The notes beneath the pieces were generated by a model, which saw only the letters and a list, made by a program, of their open reading frames with translations, had not been told where the DNA came from and did not search any database. DNA of 64,000 bases from Amphiscolops sp. MND2022 (Eukaryota). Location: NCBI GenBank assembly GCA_964187785.1, contig OZ076409.1, forward strand, positions 84,632,001 through 84,696,000, read 5' to 3'. Shown here piece after piece: positions 11,320 to 25,713 of the stretch (the first letter of the stretch is position 1; every line of letters begins with the position of its first letter). The position numbers and the translations under genes were made by a program.

Positions 11320-13900
11320 GAGGCTTTTGATTGTTTGGCGAAAAGAAGTCCGATAGGAAGTACTAGCGACGAACTAGGTCGTTTGTAGAACACCAGTTTG
11401 TAGAATTCCCTCTGAATTCAAGTTTGTATCAATTGTCCGGCCGGAGCCAAACTCATTCCATTTGTGTCAATGCAGTTCGAGATAGCTTCCAAGTGGGATT
11501 GTATTTGTTCTTGTGTCTTCGCAACAGCTGATATTTTTGGATCATTCGCAATTATGTTGAGAACACTAAAAATCAGTGACTCGCGAAAATCGTTTACGGA
11601 AATACAGAATTACATGGGACCACGAAAGGTCATTGGGGCATTCCACTTTCGATTTTGATTCGGTGAGGTATAGAGTTCGCAACTCTAACAAGCTGAGTTT
11701 GCCGTTCCAAGTAGTCAGAAACCAACCCGCATTGCCGATTGCACTCACTATCTTTTGCAGCTCCTAATGTGGTACTAGTTCAAACGCTTTCGCAAAGTTT
11801 GTGTACAACCAACTACTGAATCACTACATTTTTAACAGAGGCTTCGCGTATAACTTTAAAGAATTTCACTTTATCTGATTGAACAGACCTTCCACGGAGA
11901 CATCCGTGCTCTTTTCTGGAGAGAAAGAAAAAAATTGAAGATAGAGAGGATCATACAAGCACTTTTTGGATTCTTTGTTGCCAGTTTTCAGAAGCGACAC
12001 TGGTCTTTAGTTCTTTACTATTTATTTGTCGAATTTTTCGTAGACAAGATAGTTGCATCTTTCCAAGATTTGGGATGTTTTTGAAGTTCCTACTGGTTCT
12101 CGAATACTTTGTTCAGGGTAGTACTCGTTCCAACAGCTGTGTTTTTAAAGTAGGGGAAATTTGTTAGGCCTCTTGATTTGGTGATGTCTGGGTCTGTTGA
12201 AAAGTTTGATCCTTGAAACGTCTAAGTTTGTCAGAACGGAACTTTCGAATTTCTCGTAAAGTGTATGCTGTTTTTGGAGAGTAAACTTAATAAAAGAACT
12301 CGTTGACGAAGCGAGCTGTTTCGTTTATCGAACAACTGGCCTAATCGCCTTCGTACTCTACTTCAGGAATGTAGTTCCCTTTGTTGAGATAGTTTAAATG
12401 CAAGAAAAAATTTTCGGTTTTGCGTGAGCTGAAATGTTCTTCTTGGTATTTCAAACGATTGATCTCAGAATTGTCTAAATTCAGTTTTTCCAATTTAGTT
12501 CCGTTCTTTCTTTGGCATGCAGTAGATTTTTCTAGAAGCAATTTTTTCTGGGTTTTTATTTTGCTATTGAAATTCGAGGCACTTGGTTTTATCCAACGAG
12601 GCGTTTCGTGTCGAGGTCTCCTTCTCAGCGGATTACATACCTGTATTATTGTTTCAGTGTAATGACACAACTCAAACAAATTGTCAATGTTTGTTAGAAA
12701 AATGGGTTGAATGGACGTGTTCTAGTAATGTCAATCATTTGTTAATACTCAGCTCTCCTGTATATTCACTACTTCTCAAACATGGTATTCTGTTGGGTGG
12801 TTCAATCTTTCATGTTTGATTTTCACTGCTTGATAGTTTTTTTGATGTTGTAGACCTTCATGAATAGTCGTACTGTTTATCCAAGATAATGCATTTTCTT
12901 TGAAAAATCAACTTGATGGTGGGTGTTGTTTGCGCAAGTGAAATGTCAACCACTTGCCGAAGCAACTAGTTATCTAAGAAATCAATGACTCTTTGATCGT
13001 AGTCATCGGAGCTGCATAACGTGTTCCAGTCACCTGTAGGCAGGTTCATGTCCCCACAGACATTTCATAGAGTTGTTTTTGATAAAGATTCGAGTAGTTG
13101 TTCAAAGTCTACAATTTCACATCGGTCTTTGCTGTTATCCGGTGTGTTGTACAGAGTACAGAGAACATTCTCTTATTTGTCACGAGTTATTGAACAGGCT
13201 ACAAAGCATTCAGGTAACACGATGTCTTGCTGTTTGGAAACAAGAGTGTTTTTCACGGCGATGAAAGGACCTCCATGAGTAGAGTAGTCTTGATCAGACT
13301 CCTCGGTAAAGTTTGTACTTTACTCGTTCAAAGTTCAAAGTCTGACACACCCCCATCAAGGTAACAAGGAAGAGTGTTGAAGGTAACAAGGACAGTTCTG
13401 GACTTCTTTGTGTCGTTGTCAAACATTCCAAAATATCTCAAGGTTTGACTTTTGTGTCAACCCCCACCAATTTTGGTAAGTGTTTTGTTCAATTTTCGAT
13501 GGCTGGAAAAAAATTTCCTTTTTCTTTTTATCGAGATTCTCAGCGATCCCGTGAGGTCTCAAGACTTGATGAGATGTTGTGGATCAGGATTTGTTGCTGG
13601 TCTGGTTCCGAAAAGGGTCTACCTGTAGAGTTTGTTTCAACGTTTTTGGCGCTGTTTCGTTATACCAGCATGAATGGGAACACCACGGATATCGCTCAAA
13701 GCTCAAATGCAATCTGAGGCCTTTTATGTGTTTTATCACAACATTTAGGCTTAGTATCGGAGCCTTGCTGTATACCTTATCAGCTAGACTAAATTATCAT
13801 TATGAAATACTAGCAGCTTACACTTTATGCTTATTAATGCCGTGATAAATTTAAATACGTTCCTAATTATTATTACAAAGGCGTTACAGAAGCATGAGAA
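11320..13900 (-). mobile_element. Highly decayed LINE (APE-RT) remnant
   Basis: Only scattered degenerate minus-strand fragments resembling LINE ORF2 ('RPSSSLVLPIG' near 11350-11385 like YRPISLL; an endonuclease-like stretch at ~12900-13250). No long ORF. Confidence 0.35.
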
Positions 13901-14479
13901 TGAATAGATAAACAACACTACAAATTACACTACACGAAATACCAATTTCTTACCAATTACCCAATCTGAAGGCTGATTAACCAATTCTTGTTTTTTTTTT
14001 TGGTTCAGTCGGTGTACTGGAATAGTGGCTGGTGTTAAAAGTAGTATTTGATCGTTAGCCTCGTTCCGATTTATCTGCAGAACAGGTATGTAAATCATTT
14101 CTCCCTAACATGATGACCCACACGGCACTAGAATAATGACAACGATCTATATCATCCAAGAAAGAAAAAATCATTAGTAGATTGCTCCCAATTTCACAGT
14201 CACCGAGAAGGCAGATTGTAGTATCAGAAACCATTTCGAAGTTTTCCAATTTGTTGGGCGAAACTTGTTTCGCCACTTGGCTTTATGTACTTTTGATCAA
14301 TCAGTACCAACTGCATTCCATAAAAAGGCTGCGGAAATAAAAGCACACGACGCGTGTTACATTCTGACAAGCATAAAAAACAACGAGACTACAACAAAGC
14401 AGGGGTGAAAGACAGTCTTTGTCGGATCAGCAGACGACACGCGATACTGACACTAACAATTACTGACAACGAGCATTGT

Positions 14480-17400
14480 ATCTCAAAGCCTCAAGGTTTG
14501 TGACCAGTCCACGTTGTAATAACTTTTATTGTATGACCAGACGAACCGCAACAACCTCGGTAACAATCCGATTTCCTAAAAGAAATAGGTGGTTGTTGAC
14601 AGTCTTGTGAATAACTCGGAACAGCGTACCCAAACACTGTTATCGCATAAACGTTTCATGACAAGGAGCACAACAAAAAGGCTTTTCTGGGAAAATATGG
14701 TTTGTCTGTTGCGAGAGAAGAAATCGACAATTTGAATTTTCCGCGTCCTAGTAGCCTTGGATGAAACGAGAGACTACAAGTAAATCAACTAACAGCGAAA
14801 ACAAAGTCATGGGAAGCAAATCGATTTCTAGTGAATTGGCTTCGCAGTAGTTCCGTCCAGTAAGTTGATTTTTTTCAACTCTTCAAACCGTTTCAAATGT
14901 TTTCTGTTAAGCGATCAACACGGATAACCAAAATATTGGCCAAACCATTGTTTTCTACAGATTCTTCCGACGTTTCCAATGTTGTTGACAAACCAGTTTC
15001 ATTTCAGCTTCATCAGAACAATGACTACTTTGTTGTATTTCAGAGTAATATGATAGCTCCTGTTCATAGAGCCATCCATGATAATTCACAGATTTGTTTG
15101 ATGGCAAACAACTGTAAGGGCTTCATTCGAAAAGTGCAGCTTCAAATTTTTGCAAGGGAAAGGTGGTTGCATGTATAAGCATTGAGACACATGACATTCT
15201 CGTAACACCACAAAGCATTATTGACAGGGTCTTGATGCACAAGCGAGGGGCTATTGCCGATCTAAAGAAGGAGTGACTTCGCAGCTGACCTGGAGGACAT
15301 TGACAAAAATGAAGAAGAAAAGTGGACCCAGTATGGAACCTAGAGGAACCACTTGTGACAGATCGAGGTATTGTTAGGCATTCTCTCGCTCTGGAATTTC
15401 TATCCTTCAAATAAGTTTCAATCAGTTTCGACACCTTTCAATAGACACCAATGTAGAATAGTTTGCACGCCACGGTCAACTTTATATATAATTTTCGAAA
15501 ATCAGTATATCAAATATCAATTTTCTGACCGTCAACTAAACTTTGTTAAACACTTCAAGAGATTGCAAAAGCGTAATGCAAGATCTTCTTCGTCGGAAAC
15601 CTTACTGACAAGGTGCTAACTTAGGAAAGTAGTCATAAAGTGAAGGACATAAACAACGTTAAATTACATTCGAGACACAATTTGAGCAAGCAAACTGGTC
15701 AATAACTCTCCACATTGTTCATTGTTCTTTGAGTCCTTCTTGTGCACAGAAACTAATATCACAAGTTCCCAATTTTGTGGAAACAATTCTGTTCGTCTGA
15801 TTTTCTGAGAGATGGCATACAGCGAATGAAAAAATTCTTGAAGCAAAAACTCTAAGAAAAGCGTAGGATTTCCGTCAGGTCCTGTAGACTTTCTTGCTTT
15901 GAGGTCAAGCCGAAGACGATCAATCGATGTTTCGCCTCCTTCGAATGTGATTTTAATATTAGGCAGTGTACTGGTAGTATGTTTCGGAAGAACATCTATG
16001 GTCAGACTGCAAAATTGCCAAAAAACTTGCTTTATCTTGATGTTTAGTAGCAATGGAACTGCGAATTGCCGCAGAGAGGGCAGTTGGTTAGTCGAAGTAA
16101 CCCGAATACCTTGAAAAGTCTATCAAACTATTGTATGAGGGACATCTCCCTTGATAACAACACATGTCTCGATCCAAATACACAATAAATTAACACTTCA
16201 GCTCGAATTTGTTTGCAGAGAGATACTTGAATCTTTTCCAAAATTTTGATTTTCTCCGTTCAGTGTGAGAATACAGTAGACACCCAGGGATTAAGGTTGC
16301 TTTGTGCATTGTTCTACGAAGAACGAATTCTGCAACTACTCTTAAGTGCAATTCCTGCCAGTCATGACTAAAGCGCAAGCATTTGACCAGCATTTGATTC
16401 GGAAAAGACTTCAAATGATGAAAACGGCAATACGCTTGTCCCCAGCACGGCAGGAACTGGAAGACGCCCGACAGCTTTCCATGAAAAACGGGTTGTCTTG
16501 AAAAAAGAAAAATGTCACATGTGGTGGAAACAGGATCCGATTTTGGCGACGTGTTTTTCGTGTGTTTACTGACATTTCCAACTATGTTCCGAGGTTGCCA
16601 CTATATCAAAGTGATAGTTTTTCGATTGACGAACGGACACGTTGTCGCAAGTTTTTCTGAATTAGTGTTGCAACCAAACTTTTCTGCTGTTCATTATCAA
16701 AATCCATGGTGTCTCAGTCGATTTTCCTGAGGGTGAAATCGCCATTGCAATCAATGTACTTAATTTCGCTTCTGTCTAGTCTAAACAAAGTCTAGATATT
16801 CGACAATCGCACTAGACTTGTCTTTTGTGAAACGATACAGGCTGCTTTCTCAGCGAAACTAGCAGCAAATTAATTTTTTTCTTGCAATTTGACAACGCAA
16901 ACGACAACACCTTCTTTCTTCGCTGGTTATAGATATCATTTTTAAAAGTAATCAGAGCACCTCCAAGAGATGACTGGCCGGTGAAATAGTTTATCTCGCA
17001 TTATTGCAGCGTGTGCACTTCGCTGGGAGCTGATTTTCGCTGTCCAAGATATACTTGTGCAACCAAGTTTCACAAATTAAAGAAGCGTCAAACTTGTCCA
17101 TAACGCGAAAAATGTTGAATATTTGTCTTCTTTTGTCCCCAATATTATTTCAAGCAAAAAAATCAAAGCTTTTATTCGCTGAATTCAGATTTCTAGTTGG
17201 ACGTTTTACAAGTGAAACTTCTCTCCACGTTTCAGCAATTCCTTTTTGCTGACGGACGCTTGAAGTCGTCATATTTGATCCACTCACGAGGAAGACTTTA
17301 TCAGTTATCAATCGATACAATTTTTGTTGCAAAAATGTTTCGGCGAAACTTCCTCGGAGGAAAAATCTCGAGAAAAAGGGAGTTTAACTTCCAGATTAGA

Positions 17401-17890
17401 CTACAAATTCAAATTAGCTTTTTTTCCATTGGCTGTTAAGAGTGACTAAAAGTGAGTGATCAAAATTGTCATCATCTGCATTGAATTTCCCAAATCGTTT
17501 TAGGTTGGTCAACTCGTCCCGGTCTCTTTCGGAAAGGCTTTTTCTATTTGGTTTCCAATTATTTCTTTCGAATGGATAAGGTATCGACTGCTTGTTTCAG
17601 TTCCTTCTGCACTGGTAATTGGAAGTACATTCATTGCATATCAGAAGTATGTTCATCCGAATTTCCTTGAATGCTGTGTCTCCAGCAGAACCTAAACATT
17701 TTGTTGTCCAGTGCACAACATGTTGGCAACCATGGCAAACAAATCTTGGTACTCTACCATTTGAAGCTCAACATGAAGTGCTTGTTGTATCATCTGCCAT
17801 ACTGATGGGCCTGACTTTGTAATTGCCGTTAGATACCAGACAGGGGCGACCAGACAGAAACTTTTCTCCAACAGGCAGAAGGACACACAA
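14480..17890 (-). mobile_element. Decayed CR1-like LINE with PHD-like ORF1 remnant, endonuclease and RT fragments
   Basis: 'RKSTGPDGNP...FPQNWELVILVSVHKKDSK' (ORF 15664-16053); 'RSVTSGSS' degenerate VTSGVPQG (~15350); endonuclease-like 'ICETWL' (~17060-17078); Cys-rich 'CHGCQHVVHWTTKC...LICNEC' (~17625-17740). Confidence 0.65.
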
Positions 17891-18821
17891 AACAGAGGAC
17901 TCCCGGCGTGTAAAGGGAGACCAATTTAGAAATCATTAACTTGCGGAAGGATGTTAAGAAATAGTAGTGAATGACTTGAGTTACCTTCTCTATAAACATC
18001 AGAAAAATCGTGAGCCCATACGAAAAACGTTTTCGAGGTCAGGAGTGCTGGTTATGTGTCCATAACCGATGCACCAGATAATACCTTTGTTATGCAGACT
18101 TTCCATTTTTCTCGTGAAACCACTGTATGGTAAAGTGCTGGAAAGCAGTATAACAAAATCGATAGGACACAGATTAATATGTTATAACAAACGCCTTCGG
18201 AAACTCCTAAAGGCACACTGTCTCTCGAATGTTCAAAATGCAAATAGCCGAAAGAAGGGAATGTTAGAATGTGGTAACTTTGAGCCAGCCTAATGTAATT
18301 TGCTTGTAAGAATCGGAATCGTGGCTGGATGCAAATATCGAAAACTGTCAACCATAAGTAAAAGAGAACAAACTGTCGAGACAAAAGACGGTCTAGCAAA
18401 CCACTGTACTCACGGAAGTTTTTTAATCGCATTAAAAACACTCTCGCTTCCATACAACTGGCATCAAACTACCTGATTGTTTTGTAGCATGTTCCATACA
18501 TGTCAAAAATTAGGTTTTGTGCTCTGTACCCTCTACAACGCACCGGATGGTAGCAAATACTTTTTTACCTCAATTAACTCCAAAAATCGTCTGTCATGAC
18601 ATCAATCTTCCTACCATAAACTCTAAAACGTTATGCAGCACCAACGACTAGCAACAAGAAGTCTTTGACTTGTTTGATCAACACTTGTTTCTCCCGGTGC
18701 TTGACTTGTTCAAACGATGCCATTGATTTAGTCTATTTTACAGTAAATGCAGTACCTTGGCCCAAAAGAGCGAAGACTAGAACATTCTTCACAAAATGTC
18801 ATCCACAAATGTGTATAGTTA

Positions 18822-21754
18822 TTTTCCGCCCATACTTCATATGGGAAAGGAAAAAATTTGAATCGACCGGTTTTTTTTTACAAAACTTGCCAAGCACAAA
18901 GTTTATATTCACCTTGAAGGGCGTTACCCATAGAATTCAACTCACGTAAATTTAGCTTCGTGCGATATGTATTTGTAGAAATTTTTGAATTTCTTTGGGA
19001 ATGACGAAAATGACCCCATAATAACCCAAAATGACCCCGAAATTGACAAAAACTCGAAAAAATTCCCAATTTTTAACGTCTTTGAGCAATTTTGGTTATT
19101 TTTGGATAAACATCGAGGATTAGAATGTTGGAAACGTTCAACAAGGCACGAATTTTTTGTCCAATAGTTTGTCCAAAAAAGCTCAATTTGGCACCGAATT
19201 TGACAAAAAACCGAAACTTTTCCAGTTTTCAAAGTTTTCGTGCAATTGTTGTCAAAATTTCGACGGACTTCGCGGATTGGAATGTTGAAAACGGTAATCG
19301 AAGTAAGAATGTGTTGTCCAGTATTCTCTTATGATGAGATAATTGCGGTTTTTAGGTTAAAAAATATCAAATAGACAACGAAATAGACAAAAAACCCAAA
19401 ATTTTCAAAACTTCAAAGTTTTTATGCAGTTTTTGTCAAGTTTATGACAGACTTCGTGAATTGGAATGTTAACAAGGGGTAACAAGGAACGCGTTTATTG
19501 TCCAGTAGGCTTTTGCGAAGAGTTCATTGCGGTTTTCAAGTTGGAAAAATTTCAAATTGGCACCGAATTTGACAGCAAACCCAAAATTTTCCACTTTTAA
19601 TAGTTTTTATGCAATTGTTGTCAAAATATCGACTGACTTCGCTGATTGGACAGTTGAAAACGGTCATCAAAGGAAGAATTTTTTGTGCCGTAGTGTTTTA
19701 TGAAGAGATAATTGCGCTTTTCGAGTTAAAAAATCTCAAATTGAAACCGAAAATGACAAAAAACCCAAAACTTTCAAACTTTCAAAGTTTTTATGCAGTT
19801 TTTGTCGAATTTATGACAGACTTTTTTGAGTGGAATGTTAAAAAGGGTCAACAAGGAAAGAAATTGTTGTCTAGTAGTCTTTTATGAAGAGATACTTGCA
19901 GTTTTATAAATTAAAATTATCTCAGTGACATCCAAATTGAGAAAAAACCCATAAACTTCAAATTTTCAATGTTTTTATGCAGTTTTTGTCAAATTATCGA
20001 TGGACTTCGTAGACGAAAATGGTAAAACCCTTTAAACTATGGAAGGAAACTATCCTAGTTTCAGTGAGCTATCGTTGAGAGATAAATACAATTTGTAATA
20101 GAAAATGCCTCGAATTGACTCAGAGAGTGTCGATTAATATAAAGTTTTTGGTGTTTTGATGCAATTTCTGTACAATTTCCGAGAGCTTTCGTTATACGTT
20201 CTAACCCAGTCAAAACGAAAAAAACGAAAGCTATTCAGTACAATATTTGAAGAATACGTTGCAGCGTTTCGCTCCAAAAACACTCCAGAATGATTCCAAA
20301 TGAGTCGAAAAATCGAAAAATTTAAACTTCTCGTTTGTATGCAACTTATATGTACTTTTTGAATCGTTTTCGAGTCAGAATGTTGGCAAACGTTCAACAA
20401 GAATGGAATTAATAATCCATAGGCTTTTGAGGAAAAATTTGCTGACCTCGTTGGAAAATAGTCGAAATTGACCGCAAAATTCAAAATTTTGCACTTTCGA
20501 ACATTTCCTGTGATTTTTTATTTGAAACTAGAAACGTTTGACATCCAGAAATAAGAAAGATAAAAGTTTCCAAACGCTTAGGATAATAAAATTAGGTCCG
20601 AAGTACGTTTTGTGAAGAGAAAAATGCATATTTTGTGGCAGAAAGTTTCCTAAGAATGACCCAAATAATGCAAAAACCGAGATTTTTCTATTCTTAAAAC
20701 AACAATTTGTGCACTTTTTTGTTCCACTTTAAGCTACTTCCTTGTATAAAGAGGTTTAAAATACTACGTAATGACTTATCCTTGTATCCAGTAGGCATTT
20801 TTGAAGATTTAACAGCAATGTTTTTGGAATTGGCCTCAAAAACACCCCAAAATCCAACAAACGACAAAAAGCACGTTTTTTGACAAATCAAACCAAATTA
20901 TTGTTCAAACCACGAAAAATTTGTGGAATAGAAATTCCATTTACCTGAACGTTGAAACAATAGGATATTCAAAACGGATTTTGAAAAAGAAAGGACGATG
21001 AAGTTGTTCGAGTTTACAACACAGTCTTCTGAATTTCCGAATTTTCTCAATTTTTGACGACCAAATAACAATTTTGGAACTTTTCCGAAAATTTACTTCC
21101 TTAAGAAAACCCATAGGCTCAGGATTGAAACGTGTAGCTGCCGGTAGTATTTCAGAAAGATATCAGACAAGTTTTTGTGCACAATTTTCAAAACATTTAT
21201 TTGAAAACGTAAAATTCTTTTTCGACCTTTTTTGTGGAATAATCAATATTCAAAAAGCTGCAAGTAAATTCACTAGATATGGAGTAAACCTTCGAAAGGA
21301 AAATGTTTTTGCAGTTTCCAAAGTAGGGAGGAAACCTGGGAATGACCCAAAAAAAAACAAAAATGAAGAGAGGCATTTCCCGCAGTCATCAAGAAAACTC
21401 ATCAGTTCCAAAGTATCAAAAGTAACAAAGAGGTCACCCCCAAGACTCGGGAAACTTATTTCTTTTACAGAAAACCTCAAAAACTAAAATTTGTGAAAAA
21501 TGTTTTTCGAAAACTGTCTTCGAAAAGTTTCTCTTCACGCGGTAAGTTGCATAGTGCTGAAAATACAAAAAGTGTGCAGCTGTTGCAGAAATAACAGAAT
21601 AGGTGTTGGCTTCAAAAATGGACTGAGATGAATCAAAGCTTTTTTTCTTCGAACTTTTTTTCGTAGTGCATTGGCTAATCTTGAGCCTCAAATTTATATA
21701 GTTGTACAACGGGTTGGGGCAGAAAACATCTCGCTGCTCAGCGGGCGTCTTGTT
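18822..21754 (+). mobile_element. Long Helentron/HINE-like element, family B copy 1, with internal ~185-bp tandem repeats
   Basis: Starts TTTTCCGCCC. Near its end GGGGCAGAAAA (inverted subTIR), hairpin CGCTGCTCAGCG and terminal CTTGTT. Colinear with 37995-40865. About 5 degenerate ~185-bp units at ~19050-20020. Confidence 0.7.
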
Positions 21755-22421
21755 TTCAATTTCTAAGACGTGCTTTTAGAATCGCAAAGATTTTCAAAGT
21801 CCAAGCTAAGCTGTTTATTTGGATTTCCAGACAGCTTTTGATCTTGTTCCACTTCTTATTGTTTTTACGAGAACGGCCCATTTGGATTTAAGTGTTTTGT
21901 GTTTTCCTGTTGTTCTCCAATCATTTTTTTCTAATGTTTTCAACGAGTCCCACATGATGTCATTGGTCTAAAAACAGCAACAGCAACATTTTGGCAGTTT
22001 CAGCTCCCCACATACAATTGACATTGACTAATTTGAGAACTGGGCCGCTGACATTTGTATATTTGGCCATTGCGACAAATGCAAATGCCTCTATATTGAA
22101 AAGGGAATCTGAATATCAAATGCAAGCGTCAATTTAGAAATATATGACATCCTAATAGTGATTTGTATCAAAGACTTGAGGATGCGTGTTGGAAATATTA
22201 TTTTTGGAATGTTCATCTCGATCAAAACTCGTGTGCACTCGCAATTCCTTCCAATTCCCGAAACGCTCATTTCCTTAGAGAATATCTCCTCATCAAACTT
22301 CTGTTTTTTGAATCTACGTCCTCAGTATCTTCTTCTCGGGACCTCAAGTCTGGTACCCTTCTATTGTTCAAAGGAGAGAATGGGAACTATTCAAGCAAAA
22401 GTGTTCATTTTGGTTCACCTG

Positions 22422-22910
22422 TTTTTAGTCGGCGTTCTTCTAGGGAAAAGTGCCCGACTCTTACAGTGGCTAGTTTTTTTTTCTTTTTTTCGTCAGACCA
22501 CAGACCTCATCGCGTATGTACCACTTTTTACAGAAACTGATAAAACTACTCAGGCCAAGTCCGGCCAATGCCAACTTAGTGCAAAGGGCCCCCCTTTCAT
22601 TACCTTTTTTACGTAACCTACAAAACCAGAAGAGACTAAAGGGTCCCCCTTTCAATTTTTTTCGGCACTGTGCGACTTTTTTCGAAAATTTTTTAGTGTC
22701 TCAAAAGAGCCCCCCTTTCGAGTTTTTTGATATTTTGGAACAGAATATATGTTAATAAAACCCAAAGGGTCCCCCTTTTACATTTTTCGGCACTATGCGA
22801 CATTTTCTGAAAGAAAAAAATTCAAAAATTTCGAGTTTTTTTTAAAAAAAAGTATTTTGCGCTTTTTGAGCCTTAGATATAGCGCCGACTTAAGACGTTC
22901 CCATCTTGTT
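22422..22910 (+). mobile_element. HINE family A copy
   Basis: TTTTAGTCGGCG...GCCCGACT 5' inverted repeat; ends GCGCCGACTTAAGACGTTCCCATCTTGTT. Confidence 0.75.
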
Positions 22911-24181
22911 TGGACTTGAGTCAACAACTCCCCCAGACACATAATTCACCACTTTTATATTGTCTGGTTCTTCAAGATGAAGTTTCCTCACAAAGCCATC
23001 AATGACTGCAAGAACTTCCTTCATGGCTGTTACCATATGGTCTCTCAATCGCGTCTATGTTCATTCAGAGAGCGTGAATGACGTTACTACTGATCTACCT
23101 AATTGTCGGTTGAAGGTCGAGGTGAAAATTCCCCAAGTGTATTTTGTTCCTTGCCAAACGGTTCATCTGGTTAACCAATTGTTCATGAGGGGTTGTCCCA
23201 TACTGAATGGCAGTGGTGTTTTCATTTTGTATCGGGATTCAGTAGCCGATGATTCCGTTCAATTAGAGTTACGTACGTATTCTGCATGCAATCATGGATC
23301 TCAGCATTGTTGCTATTCGATTGAGTTTAACTTCCTCATAGAATTTTAGGGGAATCCCTTGGTGCTTTGTCTTTGGGCCTGGGTCAAATGCTCTCGGATT
23401 TTTAATCTGCACATCCAGTTAAGCAGCTTTGTTCACAAGGTCGTTTTTAATGTGAAAGTGCATATTTGCATGCTTCGTTTGAAATAGCGTCATTTGTTTC
23501 ACAGCTGGTTCGCAAGCAAAGATATTCAATAACTCAACCAAATCCTTTAGGTTTGAATAATCTTTATTAGTATTTGATTCGAGGATTAGATTTAAACTCT
23601 GTTTAAGGTTTAAGTATACTTGGAGGGTATTATGGATTGAATACCGAGCGACATTCTGGCTCTTTCGTTCTCATTAATCGGTTTCAGAGAAACCCTTCTA
23701 TTTGGTATTTCCCACTATCCTAGACCAGACGACTTTGTCTTGTCAATAATGAGCTGACGACATCCCCCAAAAGTATTGTTCGCTTGTATGTAGATGTCTT
23801 CTGACAGTTGATTGGCTATTTGGGGAAAACTAAATATCGCAATCTGCCTCTTTCATTCTGCTATGGGTCCTGGGCCAAATTTACAGGCTTCTTTTTCAGT
23901 ACGGCAATCATAGATCTGGTTTATTCAGTTCTAGCGAAGGTTTGAATAACGTTCAAAGCTTAAAGTGCCAAAACACCTAGCTTTATATTTAATTAAATTG
24001 AGGGTACAACTAGATTTGCCTTGGTTAGCTAAAAACCTAGAACAACAAAAGCTGAGACGCTATCAATTGGAAACTTGAAAACATCGATACCATTTTTTGT
24101 CGATAATTGTGGTTAATTCTCCAATAATTTTCGGAGAAAACAGAGTCAAGATTCTTTTTTTTCGAAAAAGCTAACGACATC

Positions 24182-25109
24182 TGTTGGCGCCAGTCATCAG
24201 CAGGCAAAGAAAGTCGATTTGGAACATGCTGGTTGAGAAACAAGACTTAAACTCTTAAAAACTTAGATGAAAATTTGAAGAAAATCCAATCATCACAAAT
24301 CTTTAAAACCCCCCCCCCCAAATGGGTTTTCTCCAAGACTGTTAATCATAGAGCCATGAAACTTGGCACACATACGCAGATAGCTAACACGAACTCACCG
24401 GCTAAGTTTCAAGGTCATTCACCTATTATAACCCCCTTTACCCCTCACATGTGTGGTATTCAAGGTCATTGAACCGAAAATGTAAACATTGCTATTTTAC
24501 CCCTATGACCACATTAGAATGTAACTCTGTTGAAATTAATGATATTTACATTGTGTAAACATGCTTTAAAGCCCGCCTAGTCAACATGCCAAAACCACCA
24601 TGTGCTTTGTTTACATAGCCAATAACTTTAATAATTCACTTAAATGTCATTTATTTATACCACATATTTCAACTGATATTTGCTTATATTTACTGTAGAA
24701 TTGTAAACCACATTTATACCATTATTAGATAGAGACTTTCTCCACTGTATAGCTATAGTCAAGTTGGGTCTTAGGACCGCGAGACTTATTAATCAACTTC
24801 TCAATCTTCACAACTTTTCGCTAGAGTCAGAGCGACTAAGTAGCTACTCTCATAGTTGGAGAGCCGGAGCGCGTGAAGATACCGTGAGGGAAGTGTGTGT
24901 GTGCAGGATCACATCGGATCCAAATCAGTGCAAAGAGGAATCGCAGGAGATTCCACGGGTCACATCGGACCCGTCAGCCAAAAGATACAGTCCTTTAAAA
25001 CAAGAAAACCAGGATTTGTTTAGTAACGGTCCACAGTACTAAGCAACGGATCAGGGCGGCGTAAAGCTTGTCAAGCCTCAGCGCAGGATAAGGGCAAGCA
25101 GCCGTTACA
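24182..25109 (+). repeat. 5' LTR (928 bp)
   Basis: Direct repeat of 28014-28940. By eye it differs by about 3 substitutions and 1 base in a poly-C run. Confidence 0.95.
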
Positions 25110-25110
25110 T

Positions 25111-25255
25111 TTGGTCCGCCGACCCGGACAACTCGTTGGTGGACGACCCGGACAACTCGTTGGTGGACGACCCGGACAGCTCGTTGGTCCGCCGACCCGG
25201 ACGAATCGTTGGTGGACGACCCGGACTAGAAGAAGACGACTCGTTGGTGGACAAC
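25111..25255 (+). repeat. 24-bp tandem repeat (TTGGTGGACGACCCGGACAACTCG-like) starting at the PBS
   Basis: About 5 units read directly; alternating TTGGTCCGCC and TTGGTGGA variants. Confidence 0.85.
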
Positions 25256-25303
25256 TGAGAAAATTGCCCAGAAAGAACAAGTGTCTGATTCTTGGAGTCT
25301 CTG

Positions 25304-25450
25304 ACTACTGTGTCTCTGGGAGATTGGGCTATTGTGACTCTGGGAGATTGGGCTATTGTGACTCTGGGAGATTGGGCTACTGTGTCTCTGGGAGATTGGG
25401 CTACTGTGTCTCTGGGAGATTGGGCTATTGTGTACTCTGGGAGTTGGGCT
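25304..25450 (+). repeat. 24-bp tandem repeat (CTCTGGGAGATTGGGCTAYTGTGW), about 6 units
   Basis: Read directly in the sequence; it generates the repetitive ORFs in all frames here. Confidence 0.9.
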
Positions 25451-25713
25451 TTAGCAGCACTCTGGAGGTATTTGTGCATCAATTCTAGTTTTGAGACGAA
25501 TTGTATTCTTTGGGAACGTATTCCTGATTGAAGCAAAGATCTGGTCTAAGACGTCATTGCAAGTAAATCCACCAAGTAAAGCCAAGGGATCAAGTCAGAG
25601 AGACAAGATCCACCGAAACAATCAAGTTCGTCAAAGAAGGCAAGTATAATCGACAGTATTGGGTTGATTCTTCAAGAATTGGCGATTGATTACCGGATTG
25701 AGCAGTTGACACT

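Noticed and set aside
18878..21709. Many short F/K-rich ORFs (also at 38048-40562, 49097-49700 and 58498-58956)
   Set aside because: Chance ORFs within A/T-tract-rich dispersed and tandem repeats.
22930..24000. Possible decayed retroelement ORF on the minus strand
   Set aside because: Multiple stops in all frames and no diagnostic motif.
25105..25536. CRISPR-like or repeat-protein ORFs in the 24-bp arrays
   Set aside because: Head-to-tail repeats with no unique spacers and no cas genes, in a eukaryotic LTR element. The ORFs are by-products of a repeat period divisible by 3.
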